Positions 1-13,590 of a stretch of DNA of 64,000 bases are shown here, in pieces. Under the pieces are notes generated by a model, which saw nothing but the letters and a program-made list of their open reading frames with translations, searched no databases and had not been told where the DNA came from. Position numbers and translations under genes: made by a program. The stretch lies in assembly GCA_964106915.2 (NCBI GenBank), contig OZ066920.1. One strand, written 5' to 3'. How positions within the stretch are numbered: the stretch's first letter is position 1; every line of letters begins with the position of its first letter. Source of the DNA: Podarcis gaigeae. Taxonomy: Eukaryota.

Positions 1-375
1 CTGGCAGAACTGCCCAGATTGTGCCCCCTAGCCAAAGACAAATTAGCTCTTCTTTCTGCCTCTCCTCCAAACCCAACCCCCCATTCAATTCACACTCTAT
101 TTAAAACAATTTCTTATGAGGCAATAATAGATATTTATATTTATGGACATATTTTTGCGTCCCCACATCGCCTGCGCCCCTGACAGGGGCCCACCTCGCC
201 ACCTGCTAGCTACGGTCCTGCTCACCGTGGCAAGATGGTTTGAGCATACAACACTGATCCTGGCTTGACTGCACTGGCTGCCAAATTAGTTTACAGACTC
301 AATCCAAAATGCTAGTTTTGACACATAAAGGCTTAAATGGCTCATGACCGCAGTATTTTGGTGTCAAAGTCATGT

Positions 376-485
376 CTGTTTAGGGAAGTTTTTAATGACT
401 GATTTTTTAATGTATTTTTAATCTTTTGTTGGAAGCTGCCCAGAGTGGATGGGGAAACCCAGCCAGATGGGCGGGGTAGAAATAA

Positions 486-528
<43 letters not shown>
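376..528 (+). mobile_element. L2 LINE 3' tail with (TTA)n microsatellite end
   Basis: 'ttggaagctgcccagagtggatggggaaacccagccagatgggcggggtagaaataaa(tta)n' is near-identical to the tail of the L2 copy at 34709-34780. Confidence 0.85.
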
Positions 529-529
<1 letters not shown>

Positions 530-786
530 GCGGCTATAAAGTAAGACTTTCTTGTCTGGATTGGGGTTAGGCAACAGATTATTTTTCCTCAATATATATA
601 TTGTGTAAAATTATCTTAAGGAAGTATTGATAACCCCTCAAGCATTTCATGAATATGGACCGTCACCTAATCGTCAATGGCAACATGCACTAAAATAACT
701 CAGCAATTCTGAGCAACCACCAGATTTCTCACAGGATTATCAACATTCCCTCCATACTTCAAGCATCAACTATCAACACAGTATTT

Positions 787-1857
787 TATATTTGCATTTT
801 TTTATTATTTTTTTATAATATTTTTATTGAGTTTAAGAAATACAGAAAAAAGAATAAAGAATAGATATAAGAAAATAGAGAAAAAGAATAACAAATTTCC
901 GTGTTCTTTTTTCATCAAATCTAAAGGACTTCCCCGCATCCTCCAAACCCTGCATTCTCTGTAATATAAAGCATCAGCAATTTGTTAACTTATTTCAAAG
1001 CTTATTGTATCTTCCATTTTATCATGTTCCCTAATTTCAAATATACTATAACTCAATTTTTGTACGTTTTATATTAAACACAATAAAGTTGTTTCATTAT
1101 TTTACCTCTAAATTCTTGTGTCTTAATTTCCATTTCATTAACTTACATTTGCTGAAGCTAGAATTTCCTAAAAGGTGCATTTTTTTTTTTTTTAACATTC
1201 ATACAGCTTATAGTATTTTTTCAAATAGTCCTTAAACTTTATCCAGTCCTCCTCGATTGTTTCTTCTCCCAAGTCTCGGATTCTGCCAGTCATTTCGGCC
1301 AATTCCATGTAGTCCATCAACTGCGATTGCCATTCCTCCAGTGTGGGTAGATCTTGTGTCTTCCAATGCCTTGCAATCAAGATCCTGGCTGCCGTGGTAG
1401 CATACATAAAAAAAATTCTATCTTTCTTAAGTACTCTCTGGTCTACAATGCCCAAAAGAAAGGCCTCCGGTTTCTTAGGTAAGGTAAATCTAAGTACCTT
1501 TTTTAGTTCATTATGAATCATCTCCCAAAAGGCCTTCACTTTCGGGCAAGTCCGCCAGAGGTGAAAGAATGTCCCTTCCGCCTCTCTGCATTTCCAACAT
1601 TTATTGTCAGACAGGTGGTATATCTTAGCTAGTTTGACTGGGGTCATGTACCACCGGTATACCATTTTCATAATGTTTTCCTTCAAGGCAGTGCATGCCG
1701 TGAATTTCAAACCGGTGTTCCATAACCTTTCCCAGTCTGCAAACATAATGTTGTGCCCCACATCCTGCGCCCATTTTATCATGGCGGATTTGACTGTCTC
1801 ATCCTGTGTATTCCACTTAAGCAGCAAGTTATACATTCTCATATATTTGCATTTTTT
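787..1857 (-). mobile_element. 5'-truncated L1-clade LINE (ORF2 C-terminus, 3'UTR, A-rich tail) with 16-bp TSD
   Basis: Identical flanks tatatttgcatttttt at 787-802 and 1842-1857. On the minus strand the target reads TT/AAAAAA (L1 endonuclease consensus). AATAAA plus an A-rich tail lies at ~803-830. Confidence 0.92.
1192..1841 (-). pseudogene. L1 ORF2 C-terminal fragment (zf-RVT/CCHC region)
   Basis: The translation contains RWYMTPVKLAKIY...CWKC...GTFFHLWRTCPKVKAFW...AARILIARHWK, the typical L1 ORF2 zinc-knuckle C-terminus. The N-terminal ~32 aa of the predicted ORF are flank/TSD read-through. Confidence 0.9.
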
Positions 1858-4800
1858 AACATACCGTCTGCACTGAGGGCTTGGGGCTATTAAAATAAAC
1901 AAAACGGTTTGTTTGGAGGCTGTCAGCCACAGATTCATAATGTATCCCTTGCCGCTGCAATGCTGTCAGTGTCACAGAGCTAGTAGAAGGCATTGAGGTA
2001 GCTATGCTCCTTAATGCTTAATTCTTCAAGCACATGCTTCCAGGGCAGTGCTCCTTTATCTCAGGCACACATAGTATGGATTTTCTTCTGAAAGTGGGGA
2101 GGTCTAGGGATGGCACATGTGAAAAATGAACGCACTTTTCCTGTCCTCAGCGTGAGTAATGCTGACACTTAGACCAGCTGCAATAGGTTACTTCATCACT
2201 TAACTTCATCTAAAAAGAGAAGCTCCTGAAAATCAGTGCACAAGCAATACATATGGCACTGGGCCAACGTTTATCCAGGAAGCCAATTCAGATTATTACT
2301 ATGTCACCATCACACAATGTCACTCAGTCAAGTGTGATGTGCCCCTGCAGAAAAAAAATCCAAGTTGCCTCTGAGATACGGAGCAGTGCAATAAAACTAT
2401 GGAGAAGCTGAGGAGGGATTGATGTGATTATGTTTCATCTCTTCCCTCCTACAGAGGTTCAGATTTCCAAAGGTTACAAGTTCAAGTAAACAAACTCTGA
2501 AGGGGAAGCTTTTGTCTGCTTCTTTCTTTAAACACAACCAGCATAGATATAGCTCACTTATTTAGCATTGTTTCAAGGGTTTATCTCAGTTTGCAAACCT
2601 TACAGAAATTGAAACACATCAATTCTGTGGAACTACAAGGGAAAAATCATAAATATAAAAATTAAATTAGAAGGATTACAGGACTGGTTGGATACAGTAA
2701 GTTAACAACTTTGTACCTGACTTACTCCTAAGGGCATGTTTAGGTCTGTCTAATGGTGCACCAATGGAAAGATTAATGGATGGGAGATTACAGTCAAAAT
2801 TGTTTTCCTAGTTGTGTTGACCCAAATTTTGAGTGAGTTGACTAATTCAATTGCGTTCTTATCTTTTCCAATATTTGACAAATAGAGAATGTCATTTTTG
2901 AATGTCTCTTTTTCTGACAGTGTGACAAGGATACCATAAAGTTCAAAGAAGTTTATCCTCCATGCTAAAACTTTTTAGAAAATGGGAAGTGCTTCATTTT
3001 TATAAGCATCAAGGTATATTTACATTGTTTCCCAAAATATGTGCATTTATACACACATTTTCCTCTAATATAATGTGGGTTACTCAGCAAAGATTTTATG
3101 TTTGTTGCAAATTTGAAGCTTGCCAGGTATTAATCAGGATGCTGAGCAAATTTATCCTCATCTCATGCCTGTGAGCTTCATAACTGAACAAGAATTTTAA
3201 ACCAGGCCTCCCCAGTACACGTCTGCTATGTTACATTCCTTGTCTGTTGACCTGACAGAGGTATCTTTGCAGCTCACTGTCAACATCGCAATCAGAATTG
3301 TCCTTCGCTCATTTACAGATGTTCAACAACCTTGGGAAAATACCATGTTTAAAAGGACTTTGGGGTTTTAAAATGTACCTTATGATTAAGCATTGCTGTA
3401 TGCTTCAGCACCAAAAGGGTGATCAGTCCATACAAGGAATCATACACAACGTCTATGCTAACTTTTTAAACTGTTCTATTAAGTCTTATTAAAATGTCAA
3501 AAACATGAATTATAACTTTATAGCTAAGCTTGTTAACCTCAAGGGGTAATGTGATCCTACTGTAAATCAGTTCTCAGGAATAACAAATTCTAGAAATGGC
3601 AAGGGCAGAAGAGAGAGACAGGGAGAGAGAAGGCAGGACGCTTCTGCTCTCTGTGAATTTTACATGCTAGCTTCAGGCTCGATTTTCCTGTCCTTAACAT
3701 AGATATGAATAGGAAGTTGCATTAATGACTGAAGAATGCATCTTAAATACAGGAGCCCACGCTGGCCTTGATACTGAATCTTAAACTTGAGTTTGGCATA
3801 TTTTGATTACCACATGAGACACTATAAAGTCCCTGGTTCTTAGGAGGCAATACACATATTTCCCAATTTTACAGGGCTCGAGGAAGAACAAATATTTAAA
3901 CAAGAAGAACATTTGGGACCATTTGGGGGCAGCCTGACTATGAGCTACACAGACAGATTTGTCTCAGGCAACGTAGTGTTCCTGCTACAGCAATACAGTC
4001 AGCAGGGTTCCTGCAGGGCTTTCTAGTGGCAGCTATGCCGGAATGCCTCTCTCCTCTGCGAAGGATTCAATGCTTGCGTGCCCTGCTGTCTGCAAGGTGC
4101 ATAATGCCTATTCTAGAAAGCCTCTTGCTGAGGACCGTTTCCTCAGAGTGAGGAATTCTGGGTGAGGTAGCCTCATAGATTGCCACTGCAAAGCAGCAAG
4201 AGCACTGCAGGCACTCTTTCAACAGCATCTCACACCCAGCACCTCACTCTGGAAGCGCCTAACATTTCTCAGGGTCCTTCATCAGGGTGAGGCATTGTTG
4301 GGCAAGGGGCCTTGGAGAGTCTCAGCACGCCCACAGTTCCACTGCTGATACACCAGGACAAACAGAAGTGGGAGGAGGGAGATTAGGTGTACTGGCGACA
4401 GAAAGTGGCACCTCTGATGGGCAGCAGAATGACTTGCGCAGGTCCTGGGGCCACCCTATTCTAAAACACCTTGGTCCCAGCCTCTTGAGTATTCCTGGCT
4501 CTTTTGGCTTTGGAACTGCACTCATCTAGAGCATCTACCAGTCCTATCAGATGCTGCAACATCATCTGTCTGCTAGTACAACTCCACTTGGCCACTGTCT
4601 CCAGAAACTATGCACAGTTCAGATGATGGAGTGCAGGCTTACAGGGATAGGCCTTTGGAAGGCTTCAAGGAAACCAGATATAATTAACTAAATTAAACAT
4701 GTTTGCAACAACTTAGTTGAAAATTTATTCAGCTAGGGAGATCTGGGTCATTCAAAAACATCTCAGCAATTTTTTATTTACAAATGAACCCTATTGTCAA

Positions 4801-5439
4801 AGTACCATTTATAACCTCCTGTTCAGGGAGTATGAGCTGATGTCCCTTGTGTGACAACACAGGGAGAATGCACTAAAACACAGGGGAGCATTCATTACAT
4901 TTCCTACAGCCTGATGTTGCACCCTGATTTGGCTCAAAAAATCCACCTCCCATTTTATGGTTCAGTTATATTTGCTGGAGCTACAACACAACTGTTACTC
5001 GAGTGATCCCTACAGTAAATTTATAAACAGCAGACACACATCACCAAATCTGCAGTGCATATACAATGACAAATCACAGCCAAGGAAGATTTCTTGGTGT
5101 GAACCCTTTAGTATACTCGGACATGTCTGTATTCTTCACACTTTATAACTTGACAGCAAGAACCACCAGCAAACACAATTGCTACAGAAATAAATGGGTC
5201 TAAGTTGTACCCTTCATTCAGTCTTGGCTGGGTTTAACTTTATATAATGACAAGTGTTTTTTCAGCAAAAAAGAATTAAATATATCTGCTCTATTTTTTT
5301 TTATTAAGAAAGGGATGGTATTATTTTTGCACACGCTATTCTAGAGAGCTCCTCTCTCTTGGAGCCTTTGACCCTTGATCCCAGTTCCATATGTGATATA
5401 CCGTACTTACAGAATGGGGGAGGAAAATGTGGTGTGGCT

Positions 5440-5512
5440 ACAGATGGTGAAACGTGTTAGTCTGTATATTGAGAAAGGCACTTCATGCTTCTGATGAAGT
5501 GGAATCTAATCC
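5440..5512. mobile_element. Penelope-like pseudo-LTR remnant with the 5' half of a hammerhead (CTGATGA + stem II), interrupted by a DNA-transposon end
   Basis: 'gtgttagtctgt' resembles the inverted pLTR end at 36570-36587. 'ctgatgaagtggaatctaatcca' is cut off by 'cagggctctccccaaacctttt' (hAT-like terminus). Confidence 0.45.
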
Positions 5513-5716
5513 AGGGCTCTCCCCAAACCTTTTGGACCTACGGGCATTTTTCAAAATTTGAGAAACTCTCATAGTCACCACCAGAAATAGCTGTTATAGG
5601 GGGTCTAGTTTCAAAAGACAAGTTGACCAAGAAACTGAGTAAGAGGCACAGATTGGGTCCGAGTCCTAAATGCCAAACCGCATGGCACAACAAGGTGCCC
5701 AGAAGGAAGACTGGCG

Positions 5717-5737
5717 GTGTGTGTGTGTGTGTGTGTG
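5717..5737. repeat. (GT)n microsatellite
   Basis: Direct inspection. Confidence 0.95.
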
Positions 5738-8578
5738 TTGAGTATCGCCAAACACACCCACCCTTCCATAAAATTAAAGCTCCCACACACAAATACCTTC
5801 AAGCAACCCTTCCCACAAACTCAGCCAGGCAACAGCCATTCACTCTGAACACACACAGTTACAACAGGCAACCAGTGCTCCCACCATCCCCCCCAAGAAT
5901 GTTTCTTTTTCTTCCCACCTCACAATCTGTTTGTGATACAGAAATCTATACTGGGGGAGGGTGTTGCTTCCCCAAGAGGAAAAGATCCCATGGGTCATGC
6001 CTCAACATGTGTGTGTGTTTAAGTAACTTTTGGACCTTGATTATATATTTTTAATAATTAGGTATATACTTTATTTTATTGTTTATTAATAAAATGTCTA
6101 TGTGTTTTATTTTGGTCAACAGTGCCCTTTTTGATTGGAAATAGGAGGTAGATAATTACTGATTAATTGATCCATCTGCCATATGCTCATATAAAAATCA
6201 ATGAGAATGTGTGTGTTTTAAAGTGAATGTATCACCATCTGGAACAACTGTCCGCCTATTTGATGTAACGTTTTTCAAAGGGAAAACTGGATGGAATAAA
6301 ATTATTATTCAATCAATTTAAACTGGATTTTATTACAACCAGCTGACTATATAGTATGCTGCCTTGATGTTAGCATTTGTTATTTAAATAGTTTATTGCC
6401 GGGGCTGATCCAAGTCTTCTAGGGAACATTTTTGGCACAAAAAAGGGTCTTGAGGAAAGCTGAGATGTGTTCTGAAAGACCCTCCAACCTTACCTTTTCA
6501 ACAATGGTTGACTGCAGCTCACTCGCCTGATCAGTAAGTGCATGCATGTGTGTGCCTGCGCCTGCACGTAAGCAAGCTCTTTTTCGTTCCAGTAACAGTG
6601 ATGTCATCAAGCAGCCAGTGAGATTTTGTTTTGTGATGACATCACCGAGGGCAAACAATGTTGGTGAAGCACAGCTCCATTACAGGGAATTAGCTTCCTT
6701 TACAATCTCACCGCATAGCCAAATTGAATTGTGTGTGTAACTATGTCAGCGTAGTACAACAGAGAGGAAAGACCGTTCCTTGACTCTGGAGGTAGAGCGG
6801 AGGAGGGGTTCAGCATTGGATTTAGGGTGGTGGAGACTGTTTCCCCACACAGGACACCAAGCTGAGGGGGAGCAAAATTGAGAAGATCCATAACTGAGAA
6901 GATCCATGTCGGGGTGCCAAATTTTGGGCTTGCTCAGGGCACCATATTACCAAAGATAATTTACACTATTTATTACACTGCATAATATTTGCTATTCGTA
7001 ATCAACAGCATTCCCCACATAGTCCATTGAAACAGTAGTCTAACTGCACAAACACACTCTTTGGAATCTTTTGAACAATTGCCTTTCTGGGATCCCTGAT
7101 CTGACTTGCCTTAGCTGACACTATAGTTTTACTTTGGGGGAGAGGTAATATCACCTCTGTTCGGCTCTTAATTACAGAGCAACTGCACACCCCTATCATT
7201 TTTATACAGTTCAATCTTGTATGTATCAGTTTGTGTGATGGTTATTTTAAGAAACTTGCAGTGCAAATGTGTGTAATATACCTATGAGCATATGTATGAG
7301 CATAATATATGAGAATAAAAAAAAATAGCCTGCTTCTTGTCAGGATCAAGGTGTAAGATGGAAATTAGGGGGCGATGGAGATTCGCTTGACTTTTTTTTT
7401 TTCCTTTTAAAAAGAAAATTCCATTCCTTTTTTATGAAACTTGAACCAGGCTTAGGAAACTGGCAAATTGGTACAGCCCGGATTCAGCCCAGTGCCATCA
7501 AATCATGGCAGTTGTGTCAATTCAGGATCCCAGGTCACTCCATCCCCTCTCTGCTCTGCAGGTAGAATGGAGAGTTGTGTGCAAGAAGTGTTATCCTGGC
7601 TTCGCTGCACAAGCAGAGACCAATGGAGCAGTTTTGGGTCTTGTTCAAGGAGACCTCAGCTCCATGCTACCTTGTCCCACCCCAGCGTGTTGGGTTTGGA
7701 TTGCAGCCTAAGCTACCTTTCACTGCAGGACTCAATCCACTGATGTTTACTGTTTTTCAAAAGCACAGATGTAAAATTATTTTTTTCAAAGCTGGTAGAT
7801 AAATTCATTGACACCAACTTAGCCAAACTTGTCCAATAAGCAAGAGGCAATTGATTTTTTGTATCTTTGAAATGAGGAGACTTTGCCAATGTTATTTAGA
7901 TAATTAAGCAAACATTTACTCTTTGCAAAGGTAATGTTACAACAGGGTGTGGGGGGGAATGCAAAATACTACACCTTCTAGAGTTTTAATGTTTTCAGGC
8001 CTTCTATGAAACGTGCAAGAACAGCAAACGTGAAAGGTGTCTATGGTTTGGTAGTAAACCAAATCAAACATCTTCATGGATGATTTGCCATCTGATATGC
8101 AGAGTCAAATGTATATATACATATTGGCATGGTTTTGTTTATGGGGCATGCTGTATGCCAGCTGTTAAACTGAGGAGTAGGCAAAAAATGGGGAAAGCCA
8201 GTATTATTAACCCAGTTCTTCACCTCTCTGCTGCTGCTTCATTTATTTACTTTCAGCCAGGAAAGATGCTGGCCTAGAAGGTTTAATCAAAATATTTATG
8301 CAACAGAGTACACATAGCACAGCCAGGGCTTTAAAATGCAGTCCGCATTTGCATTCATTTGACTCTTTTCTTTCAGGTTTGCCTTTCTGCTTTTAATCCT
8401 ACTGTACCCACAACAAACTTTTATTAAATATACTTAAAAGATCTGCAAACACGCAACATCTACAATGGGAACAAAATTCAACTTTTGGATCTGGGAGTGG
8501 GATCCAAATTGGGAATGGGATCCAAATTAGGAGCAGTTTTGGTAGGATCATCATTTTTACCATTGCTAATCTTTCTGG

Positions 8579-8940
8579 TGCTTTGAATTATGGTGCTGGA
8601 GGAGACTCTTGAGAGTCCCATGGACTGCAAGAAGATCAAACCTATCCATTCTTAAGGAAATCAGCCCTGAGTGCTCACTGGAAGGACAGATCGTGAAGCT
8701 GAGGCTCCAATACTTGGGCCACCTCATGAGAAGAGAAGACTCCCTGGAGAAGACCCTGATGTTGGGAAAGATGGAGGGCACAAGGAGAAGGGGACGACAG
8801 AGGACGAGATGGTTGGATAGTGTTCTTGAAGCTACCAGCATGACTTGGACCAAACTGCGGTAGGCAGTGGAAAACAAGAGTGCCTGGCATGCTCTGGTCC
8901 ATGGGGTCACGAAGAGTCAAACACGACTAAATGACTAAAC
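8579..8940 (+). mobile_element. BovB (RTE-clade LINE) 3' fragment
   Basis: Encodes ELWCWRRLLRVPWTARRSNLSILKEISPECSLEGQIVKLRLQYLGHLMRR. The 3' end is 'ggtccatggggtcacgaagagtcaaacacgactaaatgactaaac'. Matches the copy at 45988-46480. Confidence 0.95.
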
Positions 8941-10603
8941 CCAGTGGATCCATTCCATCAATATGAGGTTTGTGGAATGATGAACTGATCCCGGGACCCA
9001 ATGCCATGCAAACCCTTGTCCTGCCTGCTGCTGTCAATTAAGATGTGGCCTGATTTTATCCAATGACTTTTGCATATTTTGCTGCTTTCATGAGTCACAT
9101 AATGTGCCTGCCTGGGCAATAAAGTCTGTTATTTTTCCCCATCTTGCAATCAGCTCTTGACATTTCTGCAGTTTATACATCCGCATAAGAGCATAAGATG
9201 AACCTGCTGGATCAGGGTGCACTGTGACAATAAGATTACACAGCAACATTTGGCAGGGCACCAGCAATTTACTTATCTGTGCTTTAATAAAACATGAAAG
9301 CATGATAAATAAGCGAACATCCAGAATGTTATATTGACCAACACTTCTGTACTGAGCACATTTACCTCCAAGTCATTCCCACTGTTTTGAATTAATCAAA
9401 CTTCTTAGAATGCTAATAATCACTGAATCATAAACTATGTACTGTACAAGTGAATCTCTTCATGTAAATAGCCTCTTTTGCATACTGGACTGCAAGTGTG
9501 TTTGCAGTTATATAGACAGTCAAAGCCAGTATTATGCTATGTTGACCATGCCTTGAAAAGTATGCCACTGTGCCCCTACCTCCCAGACTTTTAATACCAT
9601 TTAATTTACAGTTTGCTTCAATTATTTCCTAGTTATTTAAATTATTATCTTTAACATGTTGGAGCATTATTTCTGGCTTCCAACGTCTGGTTGAAGAATT
9701 AAACTTCAGACAAAATAAATGATATTTTCCATATAGCTATGTCAATGAAGGGGTTTAACAAGGCAGACTTAAAATATGATTGTGGGTACTGACGATTTCT
9801 TTCTTGGTGGGGAGTTATGAATGTTGTGTTATCATTTCAAAATGTTACTTGTGGGAAGGGAATGCGAAAGCTTGCCAAGAACTACATTATGTCAGCTGCC
9901 ATGCTCTATAAACTTATTACACACACCTTACACAAACAAACTCTGGCGAGCTAATTGTCCAGAACAAAAACACTTGACGAAGGGGAGGGGGAGATTCAAA
10001 ATGATTAATTGCATTTTTTAAAACACTTCACCAATCTATTTCCAATATCGCAATGCCTAGCTGGCTCTTCATAAGGTTCTCTGAACGATTAAGATATTTT
10101 TGTTAGCTCCAAAGAGACTAATTCTTCTATAAAGTCATGCCATAATGTATGCTTTTTACTAACCACATTGTAAACTATGAGGCAACTTGGCAGAAGAGAG
10201 GTATATGTTGTATACAGAGATTATGACAGGTGCAACAGCCAATAAAAGCAAACAAGGATATTTTATGAATTTCTCAATTAAAACAGAAAAGAAAGATTAT
10301 GCAGTTGCACTAAGCCTAAGCAAGTGCAACTGAAGTGCTCACTTCTTGCTGTTCTGATTACTCCTGCCCATTATTCCCTCCTGTTACTTCGTTATGTCCC
10401 CTGTCATGACTTTTAGATATATGCACACTGCTGGTGCTATATATAATATATAAATTGTGGTAAGTCTCCAACAATTTTAGGGTTTAATCAGCGTCAGACG
10501 ACCTCCTCACAGTAGAGCCGTTGAAATGGACAGACCAGACTAAGTTAGGTCAATTGATTTTAGTGGCTCTACTCTGAGTGTAAGTTGAATACAACTCTTA
10601 GTA

Positions 10604-10932
10604 CAGGCATACCTTGTTTTATTGAGCTTTGCTGTATTGTGCATCGCAGATACTGTGTTTCCCCCCAAAAAAACTGAATGACTGGAGGAGCTGCTGCTGC
10701 TGAATTGGAGACCAGGCTGCAGGAGCCTCTCCTGGCCACGCTCAGATGATGGTTAGCATTTTTTTTAGCAATTAAGTATTTTTTCAATTAAAGTATGTAC
10801 TTTGCTTTTTAAAACAATGTACTTTTACATGCACTGGGAAACAAAAAAATATTGTGTGACTTGTTTTCTTGCGCTATTCACTTAATTTCAGTGGTCTGGG
10901 ACTGAACCCACAATATCTCTGAGGTATGCCTG
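10604..10932 (+). mobile_element. Non-autonomous Tigger1-like (pogo/Tc1-mariner) element
   Basis: TIRs caggcatacct / aggtatgcctg, with TA on the left flank. Both subterminal regions resemble recalled Tigger1 consensus ends. Confidence 0.8.
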
Positions 10933-11515
10933 TGTACCTCAGTTGAATACAGCTCTTGGTTCTTTCAATGGCAACTCCACACAGAGCACACTCCATTAAT
11001 CCAGCGCAGATGTTTACTTTTAAGGCATGTGTCACTGTACTCCACCAAAGACCTTCCTCTTTGAACAAGGCTTTCAAGTAGAGATCTTTCCTAGTCAGGA
11101 TCTGCACTGGAATTGTTTTTTAGATGTTTGACTCGTTTTATTGCTTGTGTGTTTGCTACTGTGGACATTTAATGGAAAGGCATAGCCATAGCTGTTGCAC
11201 CTGTCTCAGATGGGCAAAGGTGCAGATGGGCATCCACGTGCAGGGCCAAAGCCAGGAGCACGCACACAGACACACAACTGCAAATATGATTTTAAAATAT
11301 GTGTGTGTGTGTGTTAAGTTTTCAAAAACAACTGCATATAAACAGGCAATAAAGAAAAAAATAACAACAAATCAATGGAGCACATTATTACAGTTGGATC
11401 AGCCTCTCCTTGCCTCTGGCTCCCCCTGCTGTTGGACTCCCTGCCTTCTGCCCTACCAGTCCCAATGGACACATCTGCTGCCTGGCTGGAATGTATCCTT
11501 GATAATGCTTCTTGT

Positions 11516-11690
11516 CATGGGAGCCAACTCCTAGAGGCCATGGGAGCTTCAGCCCCCATAGTAAAATATTTGAGGGAGCTGGGCCCCCACAAAGCTGATG
11601 GGCATTCCCATTCAAATGGTGTGTGTGCACTGCACCATGTGATCAGTTATGCAGGGCTCCCACAATATTTTATTCAAGTTGGCACCAGTG
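11516..11690. mobile_element. hAT-type MITE (old)
   Basis: Imperfect TIRs catgggagccaact / agttggcaccagtg. 8-bp flanks cttcttgt / cctcttgc (6/8). Confidence 0.55.
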
Positions 11691-11879
11691 CCTCTTGCTT
11701 ACCAAGATGGAGAAGAGAGTGTGTGTGTAAAAACTAGCCTATTATACAAAGGTGAATTTTACATTTGTTGCTCTGTCCACATTTGCCTCTAGTCCTTCCC
11801 ACCAATGACCTGTGGCCCCTGGGGGGTTGCCTAAAAGGGAATGTGCCCCTCAGGGTGATTGTCGTTGTTGTTCCTAATG

Positions 11880-12050
11880 TAACTGTGTTTTATGCATTTT
11901 GTTTTCTTTCCTCCTCCTCTGGGCAGCTTCCAATAGAATATAAAAACCCAACTAAACATCAAGCATTAAAAACTTCCCAACATGGGGCTGCCTTTGCACC
12001 CCTGCCACAGAGCCAGGAAAGTCATTGCTAGCCAGGGTGGACAGTTGTTT
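11880..12050 (-). mobile_element. Degenerate L2 3' fragment
   Basis: 'gggcagcttccaatagaatataaaaa...aacatcaagcattaaaaacttcccaacatggggctgcc' is the reverse complement of the L2 3' end (compare 63360-63420). Confidence 0.6.
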
Positions 12051-12804
12051 CATTTGCTGGACTGTAAAGCACTTTCTTATAGCCTTTTATTATGAATTAT
12101 TTCCCATAAAGTCAAATTGCACAGTAGTAGCAGTGCATGTACAGAGCAGCTGTTTCCTTTTTACAAACCCACAATTGGTTGTGCTTGCACATGTATCCAC
12201 TGCATATCTTGTTAGTGCATTTTGCCAATCGTTTGGGGTTCCTTTTTTCAGCCAGCAGAGTCACCCAGAAAAGTCTTCCAGAATCTCCTTTCTCAGTTCA
12301 GCTCATCTGTTGGTGAACTCCCATGTGGGAATAAACAGCTCACCCATTTCAGTTCTTCTAAAAGTATTTATTGTAGACTTAATACTGCAGTTTATATAAT
12401 TTATTACTGGTCTAAGGAAAATAGAACTATATACAGAGAAACATTCTATCTCATGGCTCTTCGACCATCTAGCCAGAGTAACAACCGCCATATCACACAA
12501 CCAGTCTCTTTCCTCCAGAACCTGCCTTATAAAGAAGCCTGTTGCTAAGCACAACTCTGTGGCTGGGGGAGACCTGTTGCTAGGGACAAACTTGTTGCTA
12601 TGGGCAAAACTTTTCAAGGTTCAATTTAAGTGTCTGTTTTGAGTACACTAACATATCTGTGTGATCAGATGCAGGTTAATTATTTCTGCAGCATCCGCTT
12701 TCCCCAAAACCTAAAATGATATAATTTGAGAAGAATTGAAAATGGGAAGAAACAAAGTAGACCTCTTTAAAACTTTAATGGTAGGAATATTTTTCAGTAC
12801 GTTC

Positions 12805-13096
12805 GTAAGAGCCTGTATTCCTGCCTGGACCCTAAGATCATATTCAGAAGCCCTTCCCAAATGAGGTGCGGTGGGGGGCTACTGGAGACAGGGCCTTTTC
12901 AGTTGTGGTACCTGCCTGTAGAAGGTCCTCCTTGAGTGTCCTACCTGGTGCTAACATGGTCATCTTTTCTGCACCTGATGAAGAGCTTTTGATTTCCCCA
13001 GGCTTTATAGTTTTAAAATGGTATCTGTGTCTTTTAAGGCTTTGGGCACTACTGGGTTTATTCTGATAAATTTATTTTATGTTTATATTGCACTTT

Positions 13097-13127
<31 letters not shown>

Positions 13128-13203
13128 CAACAAAAAATTGAACAGCTTCCAGAGCACTTACTGTTAAATGGGCAGTATAAAATGCTGCAAGTAAATAAAT
13201 AAA
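12805..13203 (+). mobile_element. Degenerate L2 3' fragment containing an (AT)n run
   Basis: Translation includes GDRAFSVVVP (L2 ORF2 C-terminal RAFSVAAP motif). Tail is 'gggcagtataaaatg...aaataaataaa'. Confidence 0.7.
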
Positions 13204-13454
13204 GAGTTCTACTGGATCACACCACAGAGCCACCTAATCTAGCCTACCATCTTGTTTGACACAGTAACCAACCAGATGGCTCCTATACATTCAGGTAAGA
13301 CAGGAAGGAAGATACCCTCTTGTTTTGCACCCCACAGCCGGGATGCCACACACTGTATTCACAAGTGATGATGCCAGTCATCCTGCTAGAATGAACATGT
13401 TTTTGTAAATGTTCGAAAACCATGCATATAGCTTTGTGTACTAAGTTTTTCCGT

Positions 13455-13590
13455 CATGGGTGGGGAAATTGTGGTCCTTCAGCTGTTGTTCGACATCAGT
13501 TCCCATCAGCCCCAACCAGCACAGCCAATGGTCAGGAATGATGGGAGTTGTAGTCCAGCAAATATATGACCATAGTTCCTCATTCATCCT
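13455..13590. mobile_element. Palindromic hAT MITE (degenerate relative of 22376-22511)
   Basis: Shares the internal palindrome 'ttcccatca...ggtcaggaatgatgggagttgtagtcc'. Confidence 0.7.

Noticed and set aside
3990-4660. GC-elevated block with short ORFs on both strands
   Set aside because: No recognisable domain or clean splice signals. Probably an old repeat that I cannot classify.
12303-12617. Possible ancient L1 C-terminal remnant or host exon (VLEERDWLCDMAVVTLARWSK)
   Set aside because: Similarity is too weak to support. No splice pair, TSD or tail found.
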